Assembly (NCBI GenBank): GCA_964402565.1
Contig: CAYOCJ010000001.1
Coordinates: forward strand, 224,079 to 288,078
Source: an uncultured Gammaproteobacteria bacterium
GTDB lineage: Bacteria; Patescibacteriota; Patescibacteriia; UBA1558; 2-01-FULL-52-15
DNA length: 64,000 nucleotides
Reading direction: 5' to 3'
This document shows, piece after piece, positions 1 to 10,646 of this stretch. The notes beneath the pieces are model-generated. The model was not told the origin of the DNA and made no database searches. It saw only the letters and a list, made by a program, of their open reading frames with translations. Within the stretch, counting starts at the first letter, position 1, and each line of letters starts with the position of its first letter. The position numbers and the translations under genes were made by a program.

Positions 1-1
1 A

Positions 2-1921
2 ATGGGTTTGGCATTTTTATTCGTGAAAGCCGGGATGGGGGAGAATGCGTACCTGGCGATCCCGATCTCAGTTTCGATCGCGGCTGTGCTCACCTTCATT
101 GCAACGCCGAAGGTGCAAATGACGTCGCCTGCGCAATCTGCAGGGTTTCCTCCGAGTTTTTATATCGCCGCAATCGCATCAAGTCTGTCATCGGTCGTGT
201 TTTTGAGTTTGGATATTCTCCTGGTAAAACATTTCCTTGACCCTGTATCCGCAGGCGAATATTCACTCTTGTCGCTGGTTGGTAAGATGCTGTACTTCTT
301 CGGCTCATTACCGGTCGTATTCATGATCCCGCTCGTCCGGCGGCTCGAAGGCCTGGGTAAGCGCACTGAATGGGTTTTTCAAACTATTTTTCTCATTTCG
401 CTGGTCCTGGTGAGCAGCGGCTATCTCTTCTTGGGACCATTCGGCCCGTTTATCATCCCGTTCATTTTCGGGCATAAGGCAGCGTCTATTGCGCCGCTGC
501 TCTCGACCTATGTCGGAGCACTTGCATTATTTACTTTATCGACCATTGTTGTTTCATATCATCTTGCGAAAAAGAATTATATTTTCCCGGTCGTGTCGCT
601 TATTTTGTCGATGTGCATGGCGCTCGGTATTTGGACATGGCACCGCGACATTACACAGGTCGTGCAGGTGCTTTTCATCGTCAGCTCGTTCGGATTGTCA
701 TTTTTTCTCATCCTGCATTTTGCATTACAACACCTCAAGTCACTTCGGAATAATATCCGAGACTTTATCGATGTATTTTTGTCGATCCCTGAATGCGCGC
801 CGAAGCTGCCCGGGACGAAACGAATCCTGATCTTTAATTGGCGCGATACCCGCCATGTTTTTGCCGGGGGAGCAGAAGTGTATGTGCATGAGATCGCGAA
901 ACAATGGGTAGCCGCAGGCCATCAGGTGATGCAATTTTCAGGTAATGACGGCATGTCGCCGCGGAATGAGACGATCGACGGCGTGCACATTATCCGGCGC
1001 GGCGGATTTTACTTCGTCTATTTCTGGGCAGCTGTCTACTACGTATTGCGGCTGCGTAAATGCGATTTCGACGTTTTGATCGATTCCCAGAACGGCATTC
1101 CTTTCTTTACCCCGCTGTATACCCGCCGGCCGGTGTACTGTTTGATGCATCATGTGCACCAAGAGGTCTTCACGAGATCATTGGCAAAACCTCTGGCTTG
1201 GTTTGCGCGCTTCCTTGAAAAGGACCTGATGCCGCTCGTCTATCGAGGCGTGCCATTCATTACGGTTTCAGAATCAAGCAAAGCGGACATTGAGGCGCTT
1301 GGTTTAGGGCATGCAGGCATTGAAGTTGTACACCCAGGCGTCGATCTGCGAGAGCTTGCTCCGGGCGTCAAGCATTCGGTGCCGATGGTGTTGTATTTGG
1401 GCCGGCTGAAGGCATACAAGTCCATCGACGTGTTGATACGGGCCTTTGCGCGCGTCTTGCTGCGCATCCCTGATGCACAGCTGGTCATTGCCGGCAGCGG
1501 CGAAGAGGAAAAGTCATTGAAGCAGCTCGTCTCTGAATTAGAACTGGAGGATCAAGTAACGTTCGCGGGCAAAGTATCTGAACCAGAAAAAGTTTCGCTG
1601 TTGCAGCGCGCCTGGCTGTTCGTTAACCCATCGTTCATGGAAGGATGGGGGATTACCACTATCGAAGCAAATGCCTGTGCGACACCGGTCGTCGCATCGA
1701 ATGTACCTGGTCTTCGCGACTCAGTGCGAAATCCGCATACCGGTTATCTGGTGGAACATGGCAATGTAGAAAAATTTGCTGAACGCATGATCGATATTCT
1801 GGGGGACACCGCGTTGCGCCAGCGCATGTCGGTCGAAGCCATGGCATGGGCGAACCGCTTTGACTGGACGAATTCAAGTAAAAGATTTTTAGAAATTATT
1901 AACGAACATGCCGAAGGTTAA
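2..1921 (+). CDS. 5'-partial fusion protein: C-terminal polytopic membrane domain like a Wzx/PST polysaccharide flippase joined to a family 4 (GT4) glycosyltransferase
   Basis: The first ~270 aa are strongly hydrophobic and multi-helix. The C-terminal half has the GT4 signature EGWGITTIEANACATPVVASNVPGLRDSV and a Rossmann-like N-lobe (KRILIFNWRDTRHVFAGGAEVYVHEI). The ORF runs off the window start. Confidence 0.7.
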   Translation: MGLAFLFVKAGMGENAYLAIPISVSIAAVLTFIATPKVQMTSPAQSAGFPPSFYIAAIASSLSSVVFLSLDILLVKHFLDPVSAGEYSLLSLVGKMLYFFGSLPVVFMIPLVRRLEGLGKRTEWVFQTIFLISLVLVSSGYLFLGPFGPFIIPFIFGHKAASIAPLLSTYVGALALFTLSTIVVSYHLAKKNYIFPVVSLILSMCMALGIWTWHRDITQVVQVLFIVSSFGLSFFLILHFALQHLKSLRNNIRDFIDVFLSIPECAPKLPGTKRILIFNWRDTRHVFAGGAEVYVHEIAKQWVAAGHQVMQFSGNDGMSPRNETIDGVHIIRRGGFYFVYFWAAVYYVLRLRKCDFDVLIDSQNGIPFFTPLYTRRPVYCLMHHVHQEVFTRSLAKPLAWFARFLEKDLMPLVYRGVPFITVSESSKADIEALGLGHAGIEVVHPGVDLRELAPGVKHSVPMVLYLGRLKAYKSIDVLIRAFARVLLRIPDAQLVIAGSGEEEKSLKQLVSELELEDQVTFAGKVSEPEKVSLLQRAWLFVNPSFMEGWGITTIEANACATPVVASNVPGLRDSVRNPHTGYLVEHGNVEKFAERMIDILGDTALRQRMSVEAMAWANRFDWTNSSKRFLEIINEHAEG

Positions 1922-4847
1922 CGCTTCATTTCCAGATCGTATAGGCGACTATACTTTTCGCTCTGTACTGCACCCAAAGCAGCAGTATCATCGTTTTGAA
2001 ATTGCTGAATATGAATCAGCTACCGGTGCTCGCGCCATTGCAAAACGCTGGACCGGATCGAAATTTCATCTGAACTATGCACGCTTCATGAATGAAGTTC
2101 ATTTCTATGAGGCTCTTGCATCTCTGCCATCAGCACATGCAGAGGAGCTGGCAATGCTGTTTCCCCGCATGCATACCCCGCACTTTATCCAGGCCTACGG
2201 AACCCAGGATGATCTCATTTTGTTGATAGAAAAGATCAAGGGAAATCCTATTTCATCTGTTGTACCGTCTGAGCGCATAGCTCTCTATGAGGAAGCTTTG
2301 GCATATGTGAAGCAACTGGGAGCTTTTCTCTCGAATACCTTGCGCTTGCGCCCCTACTACGCCTTATATCAAACGTTTCGTTTCCCGATCATTATGTTTC
2401 GCGCACTCTGGCGATCACCGAAAGACTGGAAACGAATCCTTGCCATGTCCTGGTTTTTTGCACGGCACATTCCGGCTTTGATCATGGATCGCCGCGTTCA
2501 GTTCGTACATCGCGATCTCTGGCCAAACAATATCCTTATTGCTGAGGACGCTTCAGTGACATTGATCGATTTCGATGTGATCGCGATCATGCATCCTTTT
2601 GTCGATGTTTTGAAATTAAGTTTAGGACTGTGGAATGACGCGCCAGCGCGGGAAGCCTGGAAGCAGTCACGAACCATTCGATCCATCTTCGACAATGCGC
2701 ATGACGCAAGCGTATTTCGCGCTCTCGGCTGCTATACGGCATTGTTCGAGCTTAGCATGCCTCAGGGTGATCGGGCTTTGGCATTGTCGTTTGAGGATTT
2801 TCTTTCTTCTCCCTATCATCGCGAAACACAAGAAAAACCGGATCTGAAAGCATCCGGCCGTCCGACCGTAACGATCGGCATACCTGCGTATAATGAAGAA
2901 TCTTCGATCAATTTTTTGATCGGCTCTTTGCTTGCACAGCAGGAACGAACCTACACGTTGGAGAAGATCATTGTATTCTCCGATGGCAGCACTGACGGAA
3001 CCGTAGAAAAAGCCTGCGCGACCGCTGACCCGCGTGTCTATGTGCATGTAGGAAAAGTGCGTCGCGGCAAGCCGTATCGAATGAACCAATTATTTGAGAT
3101 GTCGACATCGGATATCGCAATAGTTCTCGATGCAGACATAGCACTGGAGAATGAAACATGCATTGAAGCATTGGTAGAGCCATTTCGGGCATATGCGGAC
3201 ATAGCGCTTGTCTCAGGATCCTCAGTTCCGGCTGAGGCCGCGAGCTATGTTCAAAAAATTGCTGCTGCAGGAGTTTCTGTCTGGGATGCCACGCGCGCAA
3301 TGGCACGGCCAAATGACCTGTACTATTGCGAAGGCGCTATCCGCGCATTCAGCCGATCGTTGTACACGAAGATGCGATTCCCTGAACGAAGCGCAGATGA
3401 TGTCTTTCCATATTTATACGCTCAGAAGCACGGGTTTCGATTTATGCGGGCTGATGCCGCGAAGGTTCAGTTTACCTTGCCGGCAACATTGAGAGATTAT
3501 TTGAGCCAAATGAAGCGCTTCTCCAGATCGTATACGGTACATAAAGATAATTTCGACGGTTTGTTTGTAAAGCATTATTATACAGTGACATTGCCGGTAA
3601 AAGTAAAAGCGATCCTGAAAGAATGTATCCGCAATCCATTTTTTACGCTGAACTATTTCGCAATGTGGTGCGTGATCCGAGTATGGTTCATGTTCGAAAA
3701 AGAGGCCGACACATCATTGTGGGACATTGCAGAGAGCACCAAGGTGTCACGCAAAAAAATTATTTTTTCGAGCTACGATGATCTCCATAATCCGTACTAT
3801 GCCGGGGGAGGAGCGATCGCAGTACATCAGGTAGCGAAGCGGCTGGCCTTGGAGAGCGATATTACTATCCTCACCGGAAAGTACCCCGGCTCTGTCGACA
3901 CGGTCCTGGATGGCGTGCATTATCGACGTGTCGGCTCTTCACTATTTGGTCCAAAGGTAGGGCAATTAATCTTTATGCTTGCATTACCCTGGCATGTGAT
4001 GCGCATGCATTTTGATGTTTGGATCGAAAGTTTTACTCCGCCTTTTTCGACAGCATGCCTGCAGCTCTTCACTCGAAAACAAGTCATCGGCTTGGTGCAT
4101 ATGCTTGCAGGAGAAGATATGTACCGTAAATATCACATTCCATTCCATTTGTTAGAGCGATTGGGGCTCAAAACCTATAATCGTTTCATCGTATTGACTC
4201 AGGTCACCGCTGATGCCATCCGGCGCAGCAACCCGAAGGCAGTTATCGACGTGATCAATAATGGCGTCGATTTCCCGAAAGAGAATCAGACGGCTCAAGT
4301 CAAAGAATATATTTCATTTATCGGCAGGATCGAAGTGAATCAAAAAGGGCTTGATCTCTTGCTGAAAGCATATGCGCATGTTGCGGATAAGCTGCCGTAT
4401 AAGCTTGCCATCGCCGGCACAGGTGCTGACGAAGAACTTTCCAAGCTGCATGCGCTCATCGGCGAGTTAGGGTTAGAGGGCAAGGTGCGCTTGTTCGGGC
4501 GCGTTTCAGGCCCTGAAAAAAATGACGTATTCAGTAAATCAGTTTTTACGGTATTGCCGTCACGCCATGAGACATTTTCGCTCGTTGCTCTGGAAACGCT
4601 TTCGTATAGTCTGCCGCTGCTTGCATTCGATATTGAAGGTTTGAAGTGGCTGCCTGATTATTGCTGCATGAAGATCCCGCCGTTCCAGTATGAACGATTG
4701 GGCGAGCGCATGCTCGAATTAGCCACACATCCTGAGCTCCGCACCAAGCTGGCATTGCAGGGCCATGCCTATATCAGCAACTTCAGCTGGGAGGATGTAT
4801 CATATAAATACAGAGAATCTATCAGTGAAGCATTAGACGCTATATGA
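1908..4847 (+). CDS. Tri-domain protein: protein-kinase-like domain (HRDLWPNNIL...DFD), GT2 glycosyltransferase, GT4 glycosyltransferase
   Basis: N-terminal ~290 aa carry a kinase catalytic loop HRDLWPNNILIAED and DFD, plus an AIAKRW beta3-Lys-like motif. The middle has a GT2 signature (TVTIGIPAYNEESS...IIVFSDGSTDGT...LDADI). The C-terminus is a GT4 fold (KIIFSSYDDLHNPYYAGGGAIAVHQVAKRLA). It is one 979-aa ORF. Confidence 0.7.
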   Translation: MPKVNASFPDRIGDYTFRSVLHPKQQYHRFEIAEYESATGARAIAKRWTGSKFHLNYARFMNEVHFYEALASLPSAHAEELAMLFPRMHTPHFIQAYGTQDDLILLIEKIKGNPISSVVPSERIALYEEALAYVKQLGAFLSNTLRLRPYYALYQTFRFPIIMFRALWRSPKDWKRILAMSWFFARHIPALIMDRRVQFVHRDLWPNNILIAEDASVTLIDFDVIAIMHPFVDVLKLSLGLWNDAPAREAWKQSRTIRSIFDNAHDASVFRALGCYTALFELSMPQGDRALALSFEDFLSSPYHRETQEKPDLKASGRPTVTIGIPAYNEESSINFLIGSLLAQQERTYTLEKIIVFSDGSTDGTVEKACATADPRVYVHVGKVRRGKPYRMNQLFEMSTSDIAIVLDADIALENETCIEALVEPFRAYADIALVSGSSVPAEAASYVQKIAAAGVSVWDATRAMARPNDLYYCEGAIRAFSRSLYTKMRFPERSADDVFPYLYAQKHGFRFMRADAAKVQFTLPATLRDYLSQMKRFSRSYTVHKDNFDGLFVKHYYTVTLPVKVKAILKECIRNPFFTLNYFAMWCVIRVWFMFEKEADTSLWDIAESTKVSRKKIIFSSYDDLHNPYYAGGGAIAVHQVAKRLALESDITILTGKYPGSVDTVLDGVHYRRVGSSLFGPKVGQLIFMLALPWHVMRMHFDVWIESFTPPFSTACLQLFTRKQVIGLVHMLAGEDMYRKYHIPFHLLERLGLKTYNRFIVLTQVTADAIRRSNPKAVIDVINNGVDFPKENQTAQVKEYISFIGRIEVNQKGLDLLLKAYAHVADKLPYKLAIAGTGADEELSKLHALIGELGLEGKVRLFGRVSGPEKNDVFSKSVFTVLPSRHETFSLVALETLSYSLPLLAFDIEGLKWLPDYCCMKIPPFQYERLGERMLELATHPELRTKLALQGHAYISNFSWEDVSYKYRESISEALDAI

Positions 4848-5620
4848 TAGAGCAATTACTACAGCGCATCGCATCTGAAAAAATACCATGCTATTTTATT
4901 TCACCGCACCTGGACGATGCGGTATTTTCTGCAGGCTCGCTCATTGCCCGCCTTTCGCACGTAACCTCGGTCACCGTGATTACTGTGTTTACCGAATACT
5001 CGACGCCTTTGACATTGTCAGCGCGACAATTTTTGCGGCAAATGAAAAGCGGTGATCCGAAAGAACTTTTTCGGTTGCGCAGAGAAGAGGATATTGCTGC
5101 ATGCACTTTGCTCAATTCCCGCTATGAGCATTTAGGATTCGAAGACGCGCTATTTCGCAAGCATAAAAAAGGTATATTCGGAACCGTGGTGCCGGAATTT
5201 AACCATATATATCCGACGTATCGATTCCATGTTAAGCGAGGCTTGATAGCGCCTGCTGACCTTGCTCTAGCTGAAGCATTGCGTATGGCGCTCTTCCGCT
5301 CTGTTGATATATCAAAACCATATCTGGTATTTGCACCGTTAGCTACCGGTAATCATGTGGATCATTGCTTGGTTCGAGATGTATGCGCCAAGCAGTTTAA
5401 AGACATTGTGTATTGGAACGACATTCCGTATAGCAAGCGGAATCCGATCGATAAGGTTTTTCTCACACGGCATGATCTTGCGATGGAAGAAGCTCGCCCT
5501 GACGCTCAGAAAGCGAATAGCATCGAGGCATATGCGTCGCAGTGGAAGAGGGTATTTGAAGGCATGCAGGCGCTTGAGATCCCTGAGCAGTATGCGTTCC
5601 GAAAGGAGGGGGCTCTATGA
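4844..5620 (+). CDS. PIG-L/LmbE-family N-acetylglucosaminyl deacetylase
   Basis: N-terminal ISPHLDDAVFSAGS matches the PIG-L metal-binding HxDD motif. Size of 258 aa fits. Its start overlaps the upstream stop by 4 nt. Confidence 0.65.
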   Translation: MIEQLLQRIASEKIPCYFISPHLDDAVFSAGSLIARLSHVTSVTVITVFTEYSTPLTLSARQFLRQMKSGDPKELFRLRREEDIAACTLLNSRYEHLGFEDALFRKHKKGIFGTVVPEFNHIYPTYRFHVKRGLIAPADLALAEALRMALFRSVDISKPYLVFAPLATGNHVDHCLVRDVCAKQFKDIVYWNDIPYSKRNPIDKVFLTRHDLAMEEARPDAQKANSIEAYASQWKRVFEGMQALEIPEQYAFRKEGAL

Positions 5621-6519
5621 AACACACCGTATCAATTGGCATCCCCGCATATAATGAAGAGCAAAATATCAAGCGGCTTTTGATCACATTGCTCTCTCAG
5701 AGAACTTCCTTGGTAGAGATCAAGGAGATCTTGGTCGTGAACGATTGCTCCACAGACGCTACAGCACAGGAAGTTCATTCCATTGCTGATCCTCGCATCC
5801 GGCTGATAGCACAGCAGATACGCAGCGGCCTTGCTATGGGCCAGAATATCATCGCGCGTGAAGCGACTGGCGATTTTCTGGTTCTTCTGGATGCAGATGT
5901 GGTGCCAACTGATTCGTATTTCCTGGATGAAATTTGCAAGCCACTCATTGATGATGCCTCGATCGGCCTTGTCGGAGGCAATGTGATCGCAGCTCCCGGT
6001 AAAACATTCTTCGAGAAGGTCCTGGTTACCAGCCATGAATTAAAGACCAGCATATACACGAAGATCAATAACGGAAATACAATCTATCTGTGCCATGGCC
6101 GCGCACGAGCCTTTTCAAGAGCACTCTATAGCATCATTGAATGGCCGAATAAATTTGCTGAAGATCAGTATTCTTATTTGTTCGCTCGGGACAAGGGATT
6201 TGGCTTTACGTATGCAGAGAAGGCTTCGGTCATGTTCAGATCGCCTGCCCGTATCATTGACCATTTTCGGCAGAGTTTGCGTTTTATCGGCGGACATAAA
6301 ATGATCATCAGAGAATTCGACGAGCAGTCGGTCGCACGCGAGTATGCTATACCGGTGGGTATCGTCGTGAGGGCCATTGCTGAGTTTATTTTTTGGAAAC
6401 CGCTGCATGTTCTGGTGTATCTCGTTACCTTGGGCGTGACGAGAGTTCTTGGTTACTTCTTTCAATTGAAGAACCAATCTTCATATGAGCCATCACCCTC
6501 CTCAAAGAAAGTTGTATGA
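5617..6519 (+). CDS. GT2 glycosyltransferase, polyprenyl-phosphate sugar synthase-like (DPM1/GtrB/ArnC type)
   Basis: SIGIPAYNEEQNI, VVNDCSTDAT and LLDADV (DXD) motifs. The start overlaps the upstream stop. Confidence 0.75.
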   Translation: MKHTVSIGIPAYNEEQNIKRLLITLLSQRTSLVEIKEILVVNDCSTDATAQEVHSIADPRIRLIAQQIRSGLAMGQNIIAREATGDFLVLLDADVVPTDSYFLDEICKPLIDDASIGLVGGNVIAAPGKTFFEKVLVTSHELKTSIYTKINNGNTIYLCHGRARAFSRALYSIIEWPNKFAEDQYSYLFARDKGFGFTYAEKASVMFRSPARIIDHFRQSLRFIGGHKMIIREFDEQSVAREYAIPVGIVVRAIAEFIFWKPLHVLVYLVTLGVTRVLGYFFQLKNQSSYEPSPSSKKVV

Positions 6520-7442
6520 ACCATCGCAAAAAAATCCCAACGGTAACCATTGCCTTGAGCGCGTATAATGAGGAAGCGAACATAGGGCGTTTTTTGCAAT
6601 CGGTCCTTTCGCAAGAGGAGATAGGCTTTACGATCAAAAAAATACTCATTATTTCCGACGGATCCACTGATCGTACCGTAGCGCATGCGCGCCGAATTCG
6701 GTCGAAGAAGATAGAGATCCGGATACATTCCAGTCGAAAGGGCAAATCGACCCGCTTAAATGAGATCTATCGTGATCTCAAAACAGACCTTCTGGTCCAG
6801 ACGGATGCTGATGTGATCTTTGGCCATACCCGCGTGGTTCATGATATCATTCAACCGTTGCTGAAGAAAAATGATATTGCTATGACAGGAGGGAATCCGC
6901 ATCCATTACCGGCGGAAACATTTTTAGAAAAAGCAGTTAACTGTACAACGGAAGCCTATATTCCGCTGCGTTCGCTATTAAAAGGAGGCTCGAATGTTTT
7001 TTCTGTCGATGGACGCTTGCTTGCGTACCGCAAAACATTGGTGAAACAGATCGCCGTGCCTGCTGATATGATCGCGAATGATGCATATACCTATTTTGCC
7101 TGCCTGACTTTAGGCATGCAGTATCGGCATTGCTCTTCAGCTATCGTCTATTTTCGATCACCGCAAAATATCAGAGATCAAGTCCGCCAAAATACTCGTT
7201 TCGTCTCGGCACCGAAACGAATGAAACGATATTTTGATATCGCGCTGGTCGAAAAAGAATATGCTGTACCGTCTGATCTGATGCGGGCTCTGAAATTCAG
7301 ACAAGCCGCACAACACCCGATCCTTTGCGCCTATATTTTTTTCGTCAATGCCTATTGCCGCTATCGATCACATAAGATCGAAGCGTCTCTCACTGCGCAA
7401 TGGCAGATCGCTCTGTCGACGAAACGGGGGGCAGAGCTATGA
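6516..7442 (+). CDS. GT2 glycosyltransferase, polyprenyl-phosphate sugar synthase-like
   Basis: TVTIALSAYNEEANI, IISDGSTDRT and QTDADV motifs. It is a paralog of the preceding gene. Confidence 0.75.
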   Translation: MNHRKKIPTVTIALSAYNEEANIGRFLQSVLSQEEIGFTIKKILIISDGSTDRTVAHARRIRSKKIEIRIHSSRKGKSTRLNEIYRDLKTDLLVQTDADVIFGHTRVVHDIIQPLLKKNDIAMTGGNPHPLPAETFLEKAVNCTTEAYIPLRSLLKGGSNVFSVDGRLLAYRKTLVKQIAVPADMIANDAYTYFACLTLGMQYRHCSSAIVYFRSPQNIRDQVRQNTRFVSAPKRMKRYFDIALVEKEYAVPSDLMRALKFRQAAQHPILCAYIFFVNAYCRYRSHKIEASLTAQWQIALSTKRGAEL

Positions 7443-8974
7443 AGAATAAGCTCGCTATTCTAGCCATTATCGTCATTGCTGCAACGCTGTATGCATTAAC
7501 GCTCCGCGGCATCCCTGGAAATCCGGCGCCTTCTGATTTTAAAAATAAGCTTGACCAGCAGAGTCAGCCTTTCGAATTGTCTCCTGAGCGCGGACGGTAT
7601 GTGCACTTGATAGCTCTTGCTGATCTCGGCCAGTATAATTTAAGCAAAGAATTGGCAGAGGCTGCTTTTCCTGACGTCGGTGTGTATAATGGCAGGTACT
7701 ACAGCTATTTTGCACCTGGATTGCCCTACCTTGCCTTGCCGTTCTATATGCTCGGTGAGCGATACGGACTCGCACAGGTTGCCTCATTTTCATTTATCTC
7801 ACTGGTAAGCATTTTTGGTCTTATTTTTTTGTACCGCATCGCACGCGAAATACTTAGGCTGCCGATGTGGGCATCTCTGGCATCAGTATTCATGTTCGCA
7901 TTCGGCTCAACCGCATGGAGTTATGCGATTACAATGTATCAGCATCACGTGACGACTTTTTTTATACTATCGTCATTCTATGCAGTGTGGCGCTTTCGAA
8001 AAGGAACGCGCTGGTCATTTGCCTGGGCAGCGTTCGCATGCCTGAATTATGCGCTGGCGATCTCGATCGATTATCCGAATACGCTTTTGGTATTCCCGGT
8101 CATGGTATATCTCGCTGTTTCGGCAATTCAATTGCATGTTATTCCCGGCAAATTGAATGTCGGGTTTCGTTCTGAAGTTCTGATAGGCATTCTAGTTTTC
8201 GTTATTGTTACCGGATTTCACCTCTACCATAATGCGGCATACTATGGCGGCTGGAGCCACTTGAGCGGCGGCCTGCAATCTTATCGATTTGTCGATCCAA
8301 CGCTTGATCCTTTGAAAGCTGGTGCGAACGGCATTTCGCCGCAGGACCTGAACACGCAAAAAAATATTGTTGGTTTTTTCCGCGAACAGCATCTGCCTGG
8401 GAGTTCATTTACGTTGCTGTTGTCTCCCGATAGAGGATTATTTTTCTATGCGCCGATCTTCTTGCTGGCAATTCTGGGCATTGTATGGAGTTATCGCCAT
8501 CGCCGGTCCCTGGAGCTCAATATTCTGCTGTCACTCATAGCAGTCAATGTTTTTTTGTATAGCAGCTGGGGAGACCCCTGGGGAGGTTGGGCATATGGAC
8601 CACGGTACTTAATCCCTTCGATGGCATTGCTGTCATTATTCATCGGGGTGGCGCTAGCGCGCTTGCGGCATGCCCTGGCGCTGCGGATCAGCGCATTCAT
8701 ATTATTTTGCTATTCCAGCGCGATCGCTTTGCTTGGTGCTTTGACCACGAATGCGGTACCACCTGAGATTGAAGCAACAGCTTTGCATAGCAAGTATAAT
8801 TTTTTGTTTAACTGGGACGTGATGACGCTCGGTAGGAGCGGGAGTTTTCTGTATAATACGTTCTTAGCAGGCTCATACGGGCTCAGAGAATACTATACCT
8901 TGATTTTGATCTTCGTGTTGCTGGGGATGTTCACGCTGCTTTTCATTATTCCGCATTTTGAACACCATGATTAA
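7400..8974 (+). CDS. Polytopic membrane glycosyltransferase, GT-C fold (PMT/ArnT/GT39-like)
   Basis: More than 10 predicted TM helices and an aromatic-rich loop (YYSYFAPGLPYLALPFYMLG). The operon context, directly after DPM1-like GT2 genes, supports the call. Confidence 0.55.
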   Translation: MADRSVDETGGRAMKNKLAILAIIVIAATLYALTLRGIPGNPAPSDFKNKLDQQSQPFELSPERGRYVHLIALADLGQYNLSKELAEAAFPDVGVYNGRYYSYFAPGLPYLALPFYMLGERYGLAQVASFSFISLVSIFGLIFLYRIAREILRLPMWASLASVFMFAFGSTAWSYAITMYQHHVTTFFILSSFYAVWRFRKGTRWSFAWAAFACLNYALAISIDYPNTLLVFPVMVYLAVSAIQLHVIPGKLNVGFRSEVLIGILVFVIVTGFHLYHNAAYYGGWSHLSGGLQSYRFVDPTLDPLKAGANGISPQDLNTQKNIVGFFREQHLPGSSFTLLLSPDRGLFFYAPIFLLAILGIVWSYRHRRSLELNILLSLIAVNVFLYSSWGDPWGGWAYGPRYLIPSMALLSLFIGVALARLRHALALRISAFILFCYSSAIALLGALTTNAVPPEIEATALHSKYNFLFNWDVMTLGRSGSFLYNTFLAGSYGLREYYTLILIFVLLGMFTLLFIIPHFEHHD

Positions 8975-10643
8975 TTTTTCAATTTCAACTCGCCGGCTTG
9001 AAGCCTTCAAACATCATGTTGCACACCGCAAGATGGAATTTTGGGTCGCCTGCACTGCATTTTTCTTCGCAGTAATCGCTACCATTTACGCCTATAGTTT
9101 CGATATTATTGTCTCCTATGGTGATGCTGAGTCTCACCTGAACATCGCGAAGCGCGTGGTTTCGAATCTCACGCCGGGGTTGGCGCAGCTGGGCGGCATT
9201 TGGCTGCCATTGCCGCACTTGCTCATGGTGCCGCTTGTTGCTAATGATTTCTTGTGGAGGAGCGGGCTTGCAGGATCCATTGTTTCCGGCGCGGCTTTTA
9301 TCATCAGCGCAGTCTATATCTATAAAATACTCCTGCTCATAACCCGGCGGAAACTCGCTTCCCTCATAGGCGTTGCAAGTTTTATGTTCAACCCGGCTAT
9401 CCTGTATCTGCAATCAACGCCGATGACCGAGCTTTGCTTGATGGTCTTTTTCGTGCTCTCAAGCTATTTCTTTATTCGCTTTATCTACGATCGAACTGAC
9501 TTCTTAGCATTCGTCTATGCAGCTTTGTATGGTTTCTGCGCAACGCTATCCAGATATGACGGCTGGTTTCTGGTCTTGATAGAGGCAGCGATCATCACCT
9601 TATTGTATTCGCCGTATGTGCTGGACTGGTCGCGTGCTCGGTTGACTGCGATCAAGACCTGGATGCCGGCATTGAGAAAAAATGCCGAAGCATCGGCATC
9701 GCTGAAAAGCATCTGGGATATCATGGAAGGCAGGGTTTTCCTCTTCGTGACGCTTGCATTCTTTGGCATCATCTTGTGGCTATCATGGGACGCGCTCATT
9801 TTGGGCGATCCGCTTTATTTTACGCATAGCCAATTTTCAGCCAGTTCGCAGCAGCAAGGATGGCTTGCGCGAGGTGAATTGCCCACCTACCATAATATGT
9901 GGTTGTCATTCGCCTACTATTTTGTAACGGCGATGAATAATTGCGGGGTATTGATTTTTTTCATGGCAATCGTTGGAGCCATTAGTTTTCTTTCACAAAG
10001 AAAGAATGCACATCGTTTTGCGATCGCCGGGGTGTTACTCGCTCCATTTGTATTTTATGTTATCACCTTGTACCTGGGCCAATCAGTGATCTTCGTGCCG
10101 CATTTGACGCCTACCACTTTCGAGTGGACGCTATTCAATGTCCGGTATGGCGTCATGATGGCGCCAGTGACCGCTATTTTTTTAGGGTATCTTTTTTCAC
10201 GCGCGACAAATGGCGCTCGATGGCTTATCGTAGCGTTAGCTATCGCACAGATCGGTTTGTATATCGTGGGCTATTCGCCGGTGCTGTCATACCTTGATGG
10301 CACGATCGGCTTGTCATCTTCAAAAAGAACCGATGCTGAATATTGGATGAAAGGCCATTATGATACCGGCTTGGTATTGATGGATGATTTCGCCCGAACG
10401 ATGAGCGTCATTAGAAGCGGGGTTCCCATGCAAAATACTATCTATATTGGCAATCGCCCATACTGGGAAGAATCTCTCGCAGCTCCTGAAGCATATGCAA
10501 CCTGGATCGTGATGCAGGAAAATGATTCGGTCTGGAAGACGTTTCTGGATGGAGGCGTCATGGAAGGCCGCTTGTATAAATACTTTACGAAAGTATATAC
10601 ATCACCGACCATTCTTATCTTTAAGAGAACACCAGGAGTTTAA
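8958..10643 (+). CDS. Second polytopic membrane glycosyltransferase-like protein (GT-C fold)
   Basis: Multi-TM protein of 561 aa. The first extracytoplasmic loop has a DAESH motif, which resembles the DE motif of GT39/ArnT. It is adjacent to the previous GT-C gene. Confidence 0.5.
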   Translation: MNTMINFSISTRRLEAFKHHVAHRKMEFWVACTAFFFAVIATIYAYSFDIIVSYGDAESHLNIAKRVVSNLTPGLAQLGGIWLPLPHLLMVPLVANDFLWRSGLAGSIVSGAAFIISAVYIYKILLLITRRKLASLIGVASFMFNPAILYLQSTPMTELCLMVFFVLSSYFFIRFIYDRTDFLAFVYAALYGFCATLSRYDGWFLVLIEAAIITLLYSPYVLDWSRARLTAIKTWMPALRKNAEASASLKSIWDIMEGRVFLFVTLAFFGIILWLSWDALILGDPLYFTHSQFSASSQQQGWLARGELPTYHNMWLSFAYYFVTAMNNCGVLIFFMAIVGAISFLSQRKNAHRFAIAGVLLAPFVFYVITLYLGQSVIFVPHLTPTTFEWTLFNVRYGVMMAPVTAIFLGYLFSRATNGARWLIVALAIAQIGLYIVGYSPVLSYLDGTIGLSSSKRTDAEYWMKGHYDTGLVLMDDFARTMSVIRSGVPMQNTIYIGNRPYWEESLAAPEAYATWIVMQENDSVWKTFLDGGVMEGRLYKYFTKVYTSPTILIFKRTPGV

Positions 10644-10646
10644 GTC

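Noticed and set aside
2667-3312. Two overlapping minus-strand ORFs (140 aa and 114 aa) inside the kinase-GT2-GT4 gene
   Set aside because: They lie within a long plus-strand ORF that has clear GT2 motifs. They are antisense shadows.
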